Positions 1 to 13,401 of a stretch of DNA of 64,000 bases are shown here, piece after piece. A program made the translations under genes and the position numbers. Numbering within the stretch: position 1 is the first letter of the stretch; each line of letters opens with the position of its first letter. The notes below the pieces were generated by a model that did no database searches, was not told where the DNA came from, and was given only the letters and a program-made list of their open reading frames with translations. The stretch spans positions 269,576,001 to 269,640,000 of the forward strand of contig OZ024743.1 of NCBI GenBank assembly GCA_964016885.1, given 5' to 3'. Source of the DNA: Eledone cirrhosa. Lineage: Eukaryota.

Positions 1-240
1 GTCCTGTCCAGGGAAGAGTCTTGCACTCTCAGTCGCTTCACACCATGAAACCGGGAAAAGCACCGCCTAACGAGCCTTCTGGCTTACAGACTTTGGATTG
101 AACATGAGTTGGAATTCTTGACTTAGTTGTGTGATGTACTCTTTGGGCAAAACACTTCATTTCAAATTGGTCCCGGATACTCAGCTGAAAATGTGTACCA
201 GCAGGAGTTGTGGGTTTAATCCTGCGATGGACTAGTGTTC
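1..240 (+). mobile_element. Fragments of tRNA-derived SINE family B (3' end at 1-95, central part at ~130-240)
   Basis: Similar to the fuller copy at 9112-9392 (gagtcttgcactctcagtcgct...gaaaccggg; caaaacacttcatttca...actcagctga...cctgcgatggac). Confidence 0.55.
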
Positions 241-346
241 AGCTGTAATTGTAGTTTTCATAGTTTGTTTCGTTATAGGTATGATGGTAGCTTTGGCTGG
301 GGTTGTATTTGAGATGGTAGTTGTGAAAATGGTTGCGATTGAGACA

Positions 347-387
<41 letters not shown>

Positions 388-390
<3 letters not shown>

Positions 391-1130
391 AGTGAGTGTA
401 ACTTGGAGTTACCATAGGTTCACCCGAGTGAGCACTCGACGTTTAGGTTCACTTCAGTGTCGAGGTGTAGAGCTAGACAGAGTGTATTATAGTGGAATAA
501 GATAACAAGGACGATTGGTTACTCATTCATTACGTTTACTAGCAGAAAAACCACCCTTATGGTGGTTTTCTGCTAGTATGTGCAGTGTGTATATTGATAT
601 TATACGCAGGTATATTTATATACATGTAGATATGATACATCAAATAAAATCGTAATTGACGATATATAATACATAGAAATTGACCGAAGACTGCGTTACA
701 CTGTCTTATTTAATCAGTAATGTAATCCATGATACATTAAAAAAGACGATATTATATATAAACTGCATTAGGAGAAAATTAGTGACATAAAATTAGTATG
801 TTTATTTAAGCGATGGCCAACCGGAAGTGTTGACATTTCAAAAATTTTAAAGAAGTGAATCTTTAAATAAACAAAATATATTTAATCAACAGCCACGAAA
901 TTTAGTAGATAAATTATGTAATATTCATTCATTATTTATTCAAAGTAATCCAACTTATTTTACTAATGGGATAAAAAATTATGAACCGTACGCAGACCCG
1001 CACTCCTTACCTTATTATAGTTTAGATTGGTTGGTGACGTGCGTTTCGCGACTGATCAGCTCAGGCGAAACGCGCGTCACCAACCAATAAACCTAACGAA
1101 GGAGTAACCAATCGTCCTTGTTATTTTATT

Positions 1131-1136
<6 letters not shown>
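388..1136. mobile_element. Non-autonomous Penelope-type fold-back element between (TA)n tracts
   Basis: ~48-bp inverted repeats at 489-538 and 1088-1136. Internal hairpins at 537-578 and 1026-1088; the latter carries an HHR 3' half GAAACGCGCGTC. (TA)n on both sides. Confidence 0.65.
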
Positions 1137-1222
<86 letters not shown>

Positions 1223-1226
<4 letters not shown>

Positions 1227-1730
1227 CAAATAAAATATAGAGTTATTAACTCATATTGATACCCTGCAATTAACAAGCTCAAAGTATACATACTGAGCAT
1301 TATAATATTAATATATGTAGAAATAAACACAGTATATTCTGCGTCTAAAATTACGAGGGTAGATTATACCACAAATGTTTTATATATTTAAACTGAAGCA
1401 TACAGTAAGATACAAGATTTCCTATACAGACCGTCTCAATAACGATTTCATCTCTCGGACAGACTAAAGATTTAATCTGTTTCGCCCTGAAAATTGTGTT
1501 TGTAACAGATAATCCTTAGGCATTTCATCATCCAGAGATTAGATTAAATGAAACAAAACACATCTAACAAGAAACTCACGGAAGTAAATAATGTACCTCG
1601 TGGGTTGAAAGCTATACGTGGTGTGAGTGGTTATGCTAGAAATAATAGCCTAATTACACTCATCTTATAAGCTCACCAGATAGGGAGCCGAAATACAAAT
1701 AAAATATAGAGTTATTAACTCATATTGATA
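1223..1730 (-). mobile_element. Element bounded by a 38-bp direct repeat, with a degenerate HHR-like motif
   Basis: atacaaataaaatatagagttattaactcatattgata at ~1223 and ~1693. Minus strand ~1455-1535 reads ATGATGA..gcc...ggc-GAAAC...GTC. Confidence 0.4.
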
Positions 1731-2179
1731 TATATATGTGTTTGTTGTAGTGGTTTGGTTATAGCTATGGCGGTAGTTGTGGTTGTATTCGTAGTTGTGT
1801 TTGTAGCTGTAGTTGTAGGTGTGGTTGTAGCTGTTGTTTGGTTATGGTGGTGACAGTCATATCAGTAGTTTCAGTTGTAGCATTAGTAGAAAGGAGGAAC
1901 GTTACTAAAGTATTGGTTGCTGTTATATTAGTTATTGTGGTGGTAATGAACGAGGGGATGGTAGTAGCTAAGGTGGTAGTACTTACAGTAATCGTAGTTG
2001 TGGCTAATATTGTAATACTTCCATGTAGTAAGTGTAGAGTTGACAGCCATGGGGGTCAATATACAGGAACATACAGAGTTTGGGAGGGAAGATGAGATGG
2101 GAATGTGTGACATACAGAATCTAACTACCTATCTCTCCCTCTCTTTCTCTCTCTCTTTCCCACACATATATATTTATAC

Positions 2180-2226
<47 letters not shown>

Positions 2227-2273
2227 TATATATTTATACATTTATATATATATAAATACATATAGATATGTAA

Positions 2274-2366
<93 letters not shown>

Positions 2367-2706
2367 CGAAGGAGAGGAAAATAGCAGAAGTAAGTGAAGG
2401 GGGAAGAAATATATAGAGCTTGAGTAAAACGAATATATAAAAGGCTACAAGAGGGAGGGAGGGAGGGAGATGTGGTGAGAGGGGAGGATGGAGAGAAGCA
2501 GATATAAATACTGAGAGAAAAATAAAAGGGAGAGAGAGAGGGGGAGAGAGAGACTGAGAGAGCGAGAGTGAGTGAGGGAGAAAGAGAGAGAGAGAGAGGT
2601 AGAGAGTGTGTTGGAGAGAGAGAATGAACGGGAAACACATGAGTAATGAGAAAATGATTATCATTAATACAACTCATTATCATTCCATTTACCTTAACTA
2701 TCATCT

Positions 2707-5700
2707 GTGTTGCCACCACTACTACCACCAACACTACCACCAACACAACTACCACCACCACCACCACCATCACCACTACCACCAACACAACTACCACCAC
2801 CACCACCGCCACCATCACCACTACCACCAACACAACTAACACCACCATCACCACCATCACCACTACTACCACCACCACTACTACCACCACCACTACCACC
2901 AACACAACTACCACCACCACCACCACCATCACCACTACCACCAACACAACTACCACCACCACTACTACCACCACCACTACCACCAACACAACTTCCACCA
3001 CCACCACCATCACCACTACCACCAACACAACTAACACCACCACCACCACCATCACCACTACCACCAACACAACTACCACCACCACCACCCACCATCACCA
3101 CTTACCACCAACACAACTACACCACCACCGCCACTACCCCCAACACAACTACCACCAACACAACTACCACCACCACCACACACAACCCACCACCAACACC
3201 ACACACCACCACCACACCACCACCACACAACCACCAACACACACACCACCACCACCACCACCAACACACCACACCACCACCACCACACCACCACCACCAC
3301 CAACACAACTACCACCCAACCACAACACCACCACACCACCACACACCAACACAACACACACCACCACCACCATCCACCACCCACCACCAACACACCAACC
3401 AACACCACCACCACCACCATCACCACACCACCACACCAACAACACCACCAACACACACCACACCACCACACCAACACCACAACCACCAACACCACCAACA
3501 CCACCACCACCACACCACCAACACACCACCACACAACACCACACCACCACACCCACCACCAACACACCAACACCACCATCACCAACACACAACCACCACC
3601 AACCACCACCACCAACCACCAACACACCACACCCCACACACCACCACCACCAACACCACACACCACCACCACACCACCACCACCAACACCAACACCACCA
3701 CCACCACCACCACCACCACCACAACCACCAACACCACTACCCACCACCACCACACCACACCACAACACAACAACACCACCACACCACTACCACCAACACA
3801 ACACCACCACAACCACCACCACCACCACCCAACACAACACACCACCAACACAACTACCACACACAACACACCACCACCACCACCACCACAACCACCACAC
3901 AACTACCACCACCACCACCAACCACCACAACCACAACACCACCACCACTAACCACCACCCCACCACTACCACCAACACAAACCACCAACACCACCACCAC
4001 CACCAACACCACCACCACCACACACACACCACCACCACCACACACCACCAACACCACTACCCCACCACCACCAACTACACACCACCACCACAACCACCAC
4101 ACCACCACCACCATCAACCACTACCACCACCACAACCACCACCACCACCACCACACCACTACCACCAACACAACAAACACCACCCACCACCACCACCACC
4201 ACTACCACCAACACAACTAACACACCACCACCACTCACCACCATCACCACTACCACCAACACAACTAACCACCACCACCACCACCACCACCACCACCAAC
4301 AACAACACACACTACCACCACACACTACCACCAACACAACTAACACCACCACAACCACCACCACCACTACCACCAACACAACTACCACCAACACACCACC
4401 ATCACCACTACCACCAACAACAACTAACACCACCTACCACCACACAACCTACCACCACAACAACACCACACCACTACACCACACACTAACACCACCACCA
4501 CCACTACCAACTAACACCACCACCATCACCACTACCACCAATACTACCACCACCACCACTACCACCAACACAACTAACACCACCACTACCACCATCACCG
4601 CTACCACCAACACAACTAACACCACCATCACCACTACCACCAACACAACTAACGCCACCACCACCACCATCACCACTACCACCAACACAAGTAACACCAC
4701 CAACACAACTAACACCACCACCACCACCACCACTACCACCAACACAACTAACACCACCACCACCACCACCACCACCACTACCACCAACACAACTAACACC
4801 ACACCACCACCACTACCACCAACACAACTAAGACCACCACCACCACCACTACCACCAACACAACTAACACCACCATCAGCACCACCACTACCACCAACAA
4901 CACAACTAACACCACCACCACCACTACCACCAACACAACTAACACCACCACCACTACCACCACCAACAGCACCACCACTACTACCAACAACACAGCTAAC
5001 ACCACCACCATTACTACCACCAACACAACTAACACCTCCACAACCACCACCACCACCACCAACACAACTAACAACACCACCAACACCACCACCACCACCA
5101 CCACCATTACCAGCACTACTACCAGCACCACCACCACCATGGATCTAACCACCAACAATAATACAACTAATACTACTGACACAACCACCACCACCACCAC
5201 GACCACCACCACTGCTGCCACTACCATTACCACCGCTGCCACTACCACTACCACCACTACTAGCCTTAACAGCAGCAACAGCACCAATACAACTAACCCC
5301 AGCCTGAACCCCCTACAGCCCCAACACCAGACCACTGCAAACACCCTCACAATCACCTCTCCACCACTACCACCACATCTACCACCACCACTACCACCAC
5401 CACCACCACCACCACCATAACCACCACCAATACCACTACAACAAGAACAACAACAAAACAATAACTACACTCTGTTAGCATTACATCTAAGCTACAAGAC
5501 ACTGTTCTGTCCCCCTCACACCAACACCATCAGAACAATGGCACACTGTCAATATCACTACCACCACCACTACCGCTACCAACACCACCACTACCACAAC
5601 GACGACGACAACCACCACCAACACCACCACCACCACCACCACCACCACCACCACCACCACCACCACCACCACCACCACCACCACCACCACCACCTCTACC

Positions 5701-5815
5701 ATCATCCACCATCACTACCATCACTACCACAACCATCATACACCATCACCACCATCACCACCAACACCACTACCACTACCACCACCACCACTGTCATCAC
5801 CCCACTACCACCACC

Positions 5816-5853
<38 letters not shown>

Positions 5854-6540
5854 CACCACCATTACCACCACCACCACCACTACCACCATCACCCACCACC
5901 ACCACCATCACCCACCACCACCACCACCACTACCATCACCACCACTACCACCACCACCACCATCACCACTACCAACAACAACACCACCACTACCACCACC
6001 ACTACCATCACCACCAGCACTATCAACATCACTACCCCCACCACCACCTACTACTACTACTACTTCCTGCACCCTCGATATCAACCATGAAACAATAGCA
6101 ACAGGAACAACAGCACCTGATGCACCACCACACTACCTCCTCCACTACAACACCCTCACTAACATCCCAAACGATTTCACCACTTCCACCATGACTGTAA
6201 ACACTAAGGTTTCCACCACCACAACAACAACAACCACCACCACCATTACCACACCAACCACCACCACCACCACCACCACCACCACCACCACCGCCACCAC
6301 CACCCACCACCACCACCACCACCACCACCACCACCACCGCCACCACCACCACCACTACCATCACCCCAACACCACCCTCACCTCCACAACCACCACGACC
6401 ACAACTATCACAACGACGACGACAACCACCACCACCACGACCACCACCACCACCTCTACCATCATCTACCATCATACACCATCACAACCATCACCACCAC
6501 AACCATCATACACCATCACCACACCACCACAACCACCTTC
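2707..6540. repeat. (CCA/CAA/CTA)-rich compound micro/minisatellite
   Basis: Recurrent ccaccactaccaccaacacaacta motif; 3120-4500 is highly irregular. Confidence 0.95.
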
Positions 6541-7133
6541 ACGCAAACCTTCAAACCTGACAAAACCTCTATAATAGTAATGAACGGCATAAAACCCAAA
6601 GTAGGAATTAAAAGTTGTAATCCTCACACACAACAGCAATAATTCAGGAAATCTTCTTATTTTCCAAACACTGAACATTCAATATTCCAAAGTACACTCT
6701 CATCGGACAAGACAGAACCCTTTTATAACAGAAACGGCCACATTGCAAACATAAAAATACGTGTGTGATATATAGATATCACATATGCCATTCATAAAAT
6801 CACTGACGACACTGCACTAGAAATGTAGATTAAAAAAAGAAAAAATGCATCTCAGATGCAGCACTTTAACTCATCAATAGGGCCTATGAGAGGTGAGGTC
6901 AAGCCGGTACTTTGTTCCGTGGCCCAAGAGCTTAGAAGTCCCCAGAGCAACCATGCAACAACCATTTTGAGAAGAATCGTTGTCTGCTTCGGGCCCCAAA
7001 AGGGTCTTGTACAGCCTCGCAAAATTTCTATTGGGGGCCTTGTTCATCAATGTGGAGACTCTCAACTACTGAACACCGCATGAATTAAAATAGTACAGAT
7101 AACAAAGAGCGTAACGTAAAAATATCATAACTA

Positions 7134-8525
7134 AACTTCATTTACATCTCAAGCAATTCACACCAGCGGAGATACATATCTCACCAAACCAACTACAACA
7201 ACCTTTTCACAAACATCACCTTCTCTTCTACACACCTAACTATCTCTACTTCGAAAACAGTATCCTAAACTTCCTCAGGACACTTATCAGTTATTACCAC
7301 AGAAAACTCACACATCATTGAAGAAAACTTATACCCTTTTTTATTTATCGACCACGAAAGGCTGACATAAAAGCTTGACTTCAGTGGGATTTGAACCCAG
7401 AACGTTGACAGCTGTAACGAATACGGCAAAGCATTGTATCCAACGACATCAGGTATAAATAACCACATAAAAAAAATAAGATAACCTCGAACAAAGCGCC
7501 AACAGCACAAACAATTTAAACCTTTCACATTTAAACCAGTCATATCCGGCCAGAATTCTCTCACCTCTTTATGTTTAAACCGGCTGTAACTGGCCACTCA
7601 TACTTGTGTTAAGGTATAGTTCTCAAAATAAACAATATCAAAATCTCATAGATTCGATATTATGTGAGATAATTATGTGAGATGAAGCCTTTACCATGAA
7701 AAATAATAGTAAATATAGAGTAAGGTAAATCCTAAAGGGTTAAATAAAGTTCAGCATCATGAAAAGATCATAGCTAATCTTTATTTACATCTCAAGCAAT
7801 TCACATCAGCAGAGATACATATCTCACCAAACCAACTACAGCAACTTTTTCACAAACATCACCTTATCTTCTCCACACCTAACTTTCTCAACTACTTCGA
7901 AAACAATATCCTAAATTTCCCCAGGCCACTTATCAGTTATGACCACAGTATACTCAAACATCATTGAAGAAAACTTACACCCTTCTTTAACTTCGATACC
8001 ATCCAATACAACGAGTTCAACCAATAGATATATTCAAAGTTTTCAGAATTCAGCAACACCTCAATAATCAACACTGGAACACGTATTTTTAATAAAATAA
8101 TTATAGACATATAAATACACAACCTACAACGTAACATAAAAGTACAGCCACAATTACACATAAGAAATGCATGTATGGAGCTGCACGTCTTAATGGAGTC
8201 ATAGGGATTCCATACGAGGTGTCCTTGGGGATTTCATATCTGGCGGAACCCATTTCTTTTTCAGGTCTAAACACGGTTGATTTTTTACAGAAAAAGAGAG
8301 AGACAGACAAATGTAAAGGAAGAATCGATCGCAGTACAGGATGGGTGTTTTATTTATCGATCACGAAAGGATGAAATGCAAAGTGACTTCGGTGGGATTT
8401 GAACCCAGAACGTTGGCAGCCGTAACAAACTTTTGCAGCAAACCATTATATCTGATGACATCAGGAATAGTAAAAAATATAAGATAACCTCGAACAAAGC
8501 GGCAACACCACAAACAATTTAAATC
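7134..8525. repeat. Local diverged duplications including two minus-strand SINE-A copies
   Basis: 7140-7335 matches 7785-7985. 7340-7520 matches 8348-8525 (tttatcga...gggatttgaacccagaacgttg...aagataacctcgaacaaagcg). Confidence 0.7.
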
Positions 8526-9111
8526 AAATTTCAGCATCATAGAACTAAACCAGGAGGTAGGTAAAAATAGGCCCCAGCAAAACAAAGAACTGATAGACGT
8601 TTGTGTACGACATAAACCACAGAACAAAGTGTAAATGTCTACATGGTGAACTTAAACACCAAGAACAAGTATCCCATCATCACAACCTCAACTAAAATCT
8701 CAACTAAAAGACCCAATCTGATATATTTTTCTCTAAAATCAGCCACCAACAACCTCACAAAGAAGACAGAAATGGAAAATCCAAAGTACGTTGAGTGTAA
8801 TTTTGTTTACTTTGGTCCACCGAACACACACGTGAAAAGGTTATAGAGAAATTTCAAAAGCCTAAAACACTTAGAACCAGACAAAATCCCACATTTACGC
8901 CCAAACATCTAGGACCGGAAAGAATCAGACATACCTAACAACATCTACTCGTAGCAACATTGTATATTTCCCGAATCTGGAAGCTGATAAAATCATAATA
9001 ACAGTTGTAACTTCACTGAAACTCAAGTAAAATAACGTCGTACAGACCCAGTGCCCTACTATAAACACTCCACATATACTAGAAAGGCTAAATCTTTGGC
9101 ATGCGTGAAAG

Positions 9112-9392
9112 AGCATGGCCTAATAGTTAGGACGTTTGTCGTAAGATCGTAACGTCGTCGATTCGATGCCTGGACAGGCTGCTACGTTGTATTTTTGAAC
9201 AAAACATTTTATTTCACTTTACTCCAGTACACTCAGCTGAGAGTGAGTACCAGCAGTTGCTGGAAAGTTTATCTTGTGATAGACCGGCGTCCTATCAAGT
9301 GAGAGTCTTGTACTCTAAGTTGCCTAACGCCAAGCAAACAGGGGATAAGCATCAGCATGATGAACCTTCGGCTTAGAACAGTCTTTAACTTA
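9112..9392 (+). mobile_element. tRNA-derived SINE family B, near full length
   Basis: A-box-like TGGCCTAATAGTT and B-box-like GATTCGATGCC, then a core and tail shared with 1-240. Confidence 0.65.
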
Positions 9393-9479
9393 ATCTTTGG
9401 CATCTCTATATTAACCCCTCTCCAAATCCCAACACCGATCCAGTACTCTATACATGAAACAAATACTGAAAATAGATGG

Positions 9480-9820
9480 TTTCAACACTAAAAGGGTTCC
9501 CACAAATCCCTTTTCTAAGTACCATCAACATCAACAAAGCTTTCGATTCCATTTCCTGCCATCTATTTATACAAAACATACTTAACACAACCTTACGAAA
9601 CAACACAAATCGCTGAATAGCAAACTACCTGTCAGGCAACCAAGTTTATGCAGTGTACAAGAACAACAATTCCATACTCTGCAATTTCCGCTCTCTCATA
9701 TACTTGTTTTCAACCAATACATACGCGACCTTTTCACACCTCGACAAAACATACAGACAACCTCATACAAATGACGTCATACCTCCTCCCAACAAATCCT
9801 CAGACACTGCTGCACGACTA
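9480..9820 (+). pseudogene. Degenerate non-LTR retrotransposon RT fragment
   Basis: Translates as ...TININKAFDSISCHLFIQNILNTTLRNNTNR*IANYLSGNQ..., matching the LINE RT DxxKAFD...W-I-x-x-YL pattern with stops. Confidence 0.6.
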
Positions 9821-10394
9821 CTCAAACCCTATTACATATATCACGCAGAAAGTTGCTTTCAAAACAACTGACTTAAACAGCACGTACTACAGCCACTGTC
9901 TCATTTCTTACCAGCAATATCAGAGAAGATCAAATACAGTCATCAAACAAAACATGAACATACAATACACACACAGGCACGCACACACACACACAAACAC
10001 ATACTCACACACACACGGAAAACAAACTAAAACTTCACAATATTGACTTCTAATTTAAGCACAAGACAAGCAAATTTGGGGGTCTGAGCGGTGCTGGCTA
10101 AATCAAGACCAGTACTTAACTGGTATTTTATTTTATCAATCTCAGAAGGATGGAAAGTAAAGTCGAGTATTTGAATTCGGGGCTGTGGGGAGGCCAGCAC
10201 GTGGTACCCCATTTTCTCACCATACGGATTAAGACATTTTAAAACTATAAACTATTTTCAGCCTAGATCTGAATATAATAACCCCTAGAGAGAATATAGA
10301 AAGTCAGAACATATAACGCAATGACATTTGATCCGACGCTCTATCAATTCTGCCAAATCATTATCCACAATGTTGGCAACAGACATAGTGTGTG

Positions 10395-10760
10395 TTGGAA
10401 CTCCGTTCATTCCGACGAAGAGTGTTCCAGTTGTTTGCGAAATTAATGTGCTGGTGACTGAGCATTCCACAGATATGTGCGCCATCCATATATTTTAGAG
10501 GGAGATACAGCGGAACACAGTGAGTGAACAGGCTGGCTCTTTAATTTACAGACACAAAACAGTCTTTATCAGCTGAGTGGACTGGAGCAATGTGATATAA
10601 AGTGCTTTGCTTAAAGATGCAACGCGTCACCGAGAATCGAATTCAGGACTTTACGACTATGAACCAAACTTCACTCGTCACCGAGAATCGAATTCAGGAC
10701 TTTACGACTATGAACCAAACTTCACTAACCAATAAGCCACACGCCTTCACATGACACAGA
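10395..10760 (-). mobile_element. SINE family C copy with an internal 52-bp tandem duplication
   Basis: Reverse-complement similarity to 11555-11790 (atctgtggaatgctcag; cacattgctccagt). The block cgtcaccgagaatcgaattcaggactttacgactatgaaccaaacttcact is duplicated at 10625-10727. Confidence 0.55.
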
Positions 10761-11529
10761 CGACTGTAAAGGAAGCCAAACAAACGCAAAGAAACATACT
10801 TAGTACAATCATGTGTGGCAGTTTTAGACACCCCCCTCCCCACAAAAAAGAGAAGAAAAATGAAAAACACAACAATGATGTACAACATGTACATAAGATT
10901 CATTATGGGTTATGGAAATCCTATCTGTGCCCCTATTCCCTCCACAACAAATCACAATAAACTAAAAAACACAGAGGAGCGTACTAAGCATCATAACACA
11001 TTTTATGCACTCCACACCCTCATACCACCTACACAACGAAACAAAACTACTAAAAATGAAACACCACCAGAACATACGGTTGGTGCTGTTTGTTGTTGAT
11101 GCAAGCATCAACAACAAACAGTCGCTGTCGCTACATGAAAAAAACATCTTATCTTCAAACAGCCAGACATACACAACACCGGGAATCACTAATACAACTT
11201 AGAACAGGGAAGAATCTGAACTGGTTGTCGCATCCCACCAGACAAATCATTTACAGAAGTCTGTCTCCGATATCTGAAACGTCTATAGTGCGCAGGTCAT
11301 CGTTTTAGGGTAGACAGGGAACTAATTTCATTGCTTCTTCTGTGGAAGCCCTTTGGAAGTGCCAATTGACGAAACATGACTTCTCATGTTTCATCGCTTC
11401 TCTTGAGTCTATCTCACAAGATTCAAGAATTCACCTCGGAGAACTGAGGGACGTAATGCTGGATCTTACTGTATCGAGAAGAACTGTCGAGAGTGTTTTG
11501 ACCAGTCAGGTCGAAGGATGAGGATGATG

Positions 11530-11790
11530 ACTACACCATCCCAAAATACGCTGTATCATTGAACAAGATACTTTATTTCACATTGCTCCAGTGTAACCCA
11601 ATCGAAAGAATGTGTTTCACCGATGATTCAAAGACCCAACCATGTCACACACTGGGTCACACTGAATCTCTCTGGAAATTACGTTAAGTGAACGCGTATC
11701 TGTAGAATGCTCAACCACTTGCTCGTTAATTTCACGAATAAGCTATTCTGTTAATGAAACAGCTGGGGCATGTCGGAACTACTGGAGGGC
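11530..11790 (+). mobile_element. SINE family C copy
   Basis: ttgaacaagatactttatttcacattgctccagt...gtatctgtagaatgctcaaccacttgctcgttaatttcacga, homologous to 10395-10620. Confidence 0.55.
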
Positions 11791-12607
11791 TAACACCATT
11801 TCGCCATCTTGTCAGCGGACCGCAGCTGAAATATAGCGTCCAACAGAGGTATAGAGACCCAGTTCCTGTTTATGCACCCTTTCTACTTTTTTTTTTATCG
11901 TTATGGGCTTTCTAAACATACTTTAAAAATTTGAATAAAACTACTTTCTTCTTCTTTCTTCTTCGTTTGCTCTTCTTCTTCTTCTTCTTCGCACTCATTA
12001 CGCTCATCTCTTTACTCTACATTCTCATCCTTTCCTTGTTCTCCTAACCCTCCTTCTCATACAACTCACACTTCTCCCCTTTCTACTCATTCCTTTTCAT
12101 ACCATTTCGTCTTTTCCATCTTCTCATTCCACCTCCTTCTCCTCCCTTTCACTCTGCTCCATTTCTCCCACCTCTTCTATTTTATCCTAGGTAATCTCCT
12201 GTTGACGATTAGCTAGTTTAGTCCTTTTCTACTTTACTTTAAAAGATTACCAACGTCACAGCACACCACGTCTTGCCACATCACGCCATGCCACGCCTCT
12301 GATTATTACTACCTTTAACAAAACCCGAACACAGAACCCCAAACCATTATATACCTTCTCCCCATCGAACCACCAAACCTACCAATAAAAACAACTTTCT
12401 CTATTATCCGTCTTTATCCAGGCATTTAGACTTTAGTCTATCCCAATCTCTCTTCAACACGTAAATAAACTCCTCGGAACATAGCAAGGGTGAGTGGAGG
12501 AACCGGCTTAACATATGTCTTACCAGATAATGTCGGATTTACGCTAAGAATTTCATTGTTATCTTGCTTCCATTTTGTTTTGTTTTCTTTTTCGTCTTCC
12601 ATCTTCT

Positions 12608-13295
12608 TGTGTGTGTATACGTATGTGTTCTTGCGTGTGTGGACGTTTGTGCATGTATGTGTACGTGTGTTTCTGTTTCTGTGTGAGTGCGTGAGTGTCT
12701 CTGTGTGACAGTGTGTGTGTGTGTGTGTGTGTGTGTTTCTGTTTGTTTGTGTGTGTGAGTGCATGTGTGGTTGTGTGTGTGTTCATGTGTGTGTATGTGT
12801 GCGTGTGCGTGCTTGTATGGTTATGTTGTGTTTGTGTGTGTGTGCGTGTGTCTGACTGCGTGTGTGTGTCTGAGTGCGTGTATGTGTCTGCGTGTGTCTG
12901 TCTGTATGTGCATCTCGTGCGTGTGTATGTGCGTTTGAGTGTGCGTGAGTGTGTGTGTGTGTATGTGTTTGTGTGTGAACGTGTGTGAACGTGTGTGTGC
13001 GTTTGTGTACGCGAGTGCATGTTGTTGCGTGTGTGCTTACACGTGTGTGTGTGTGTTTGCGTGTGTGCATGCGCCTGTCTGCGTTTGCACGTGTGAGTGT
13101 GTGCGTATTACTGTGTGAGTGCTCACACATGTCTGCGCATTTGTGTGTGTGTGAGTGAGTGCGTGTGGATACGTAAGTGGATGTGTGTGCGTATGTATGC
13201 ATCTGTGCCCATGTGTGTGTTTCTGTGTCCACATGTGTGTGTGTGTATGTGTGTGTGCACATGTGTGTGTGTGTGTGTGTATGTCTGTTCGTGTG
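12608..13295. repeat. Degenerate (GT)n microsatellite
   Basis: Direct inspection. Confidence 0.95.
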
Positions 13296-13401
13296 TTTAC
13301 ATTTACTGTTGCTGGAGGCGGGGAACTGACGGAATCGTTCAGTTAACTTTGCCTTTCATCTTTCCGGGATCGATAAAATGTACTGTATTAGAAACACTAA
13401 C

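Noticed and set aside
3120-4500. Irregular C/A-only stretch as a telomere-like or novel repeat
   Set aside because: There is no TTAGGG unit; it looks like a degraded or low-quality consensus of the flanking minisatellite.
2234-6574. Long Pro/Thr/His/Val-rich ORFs resembling extensin or mucin
   Set aside because: They are open in several frames on both strands because trinucleotide repeats lack stops; there is no unique domain or splice context.
6798-6832. CTGACGA...GAAATGTA hammerhead-like spacing
   Set aside because: Helix II does not pair and helix I is out of register.
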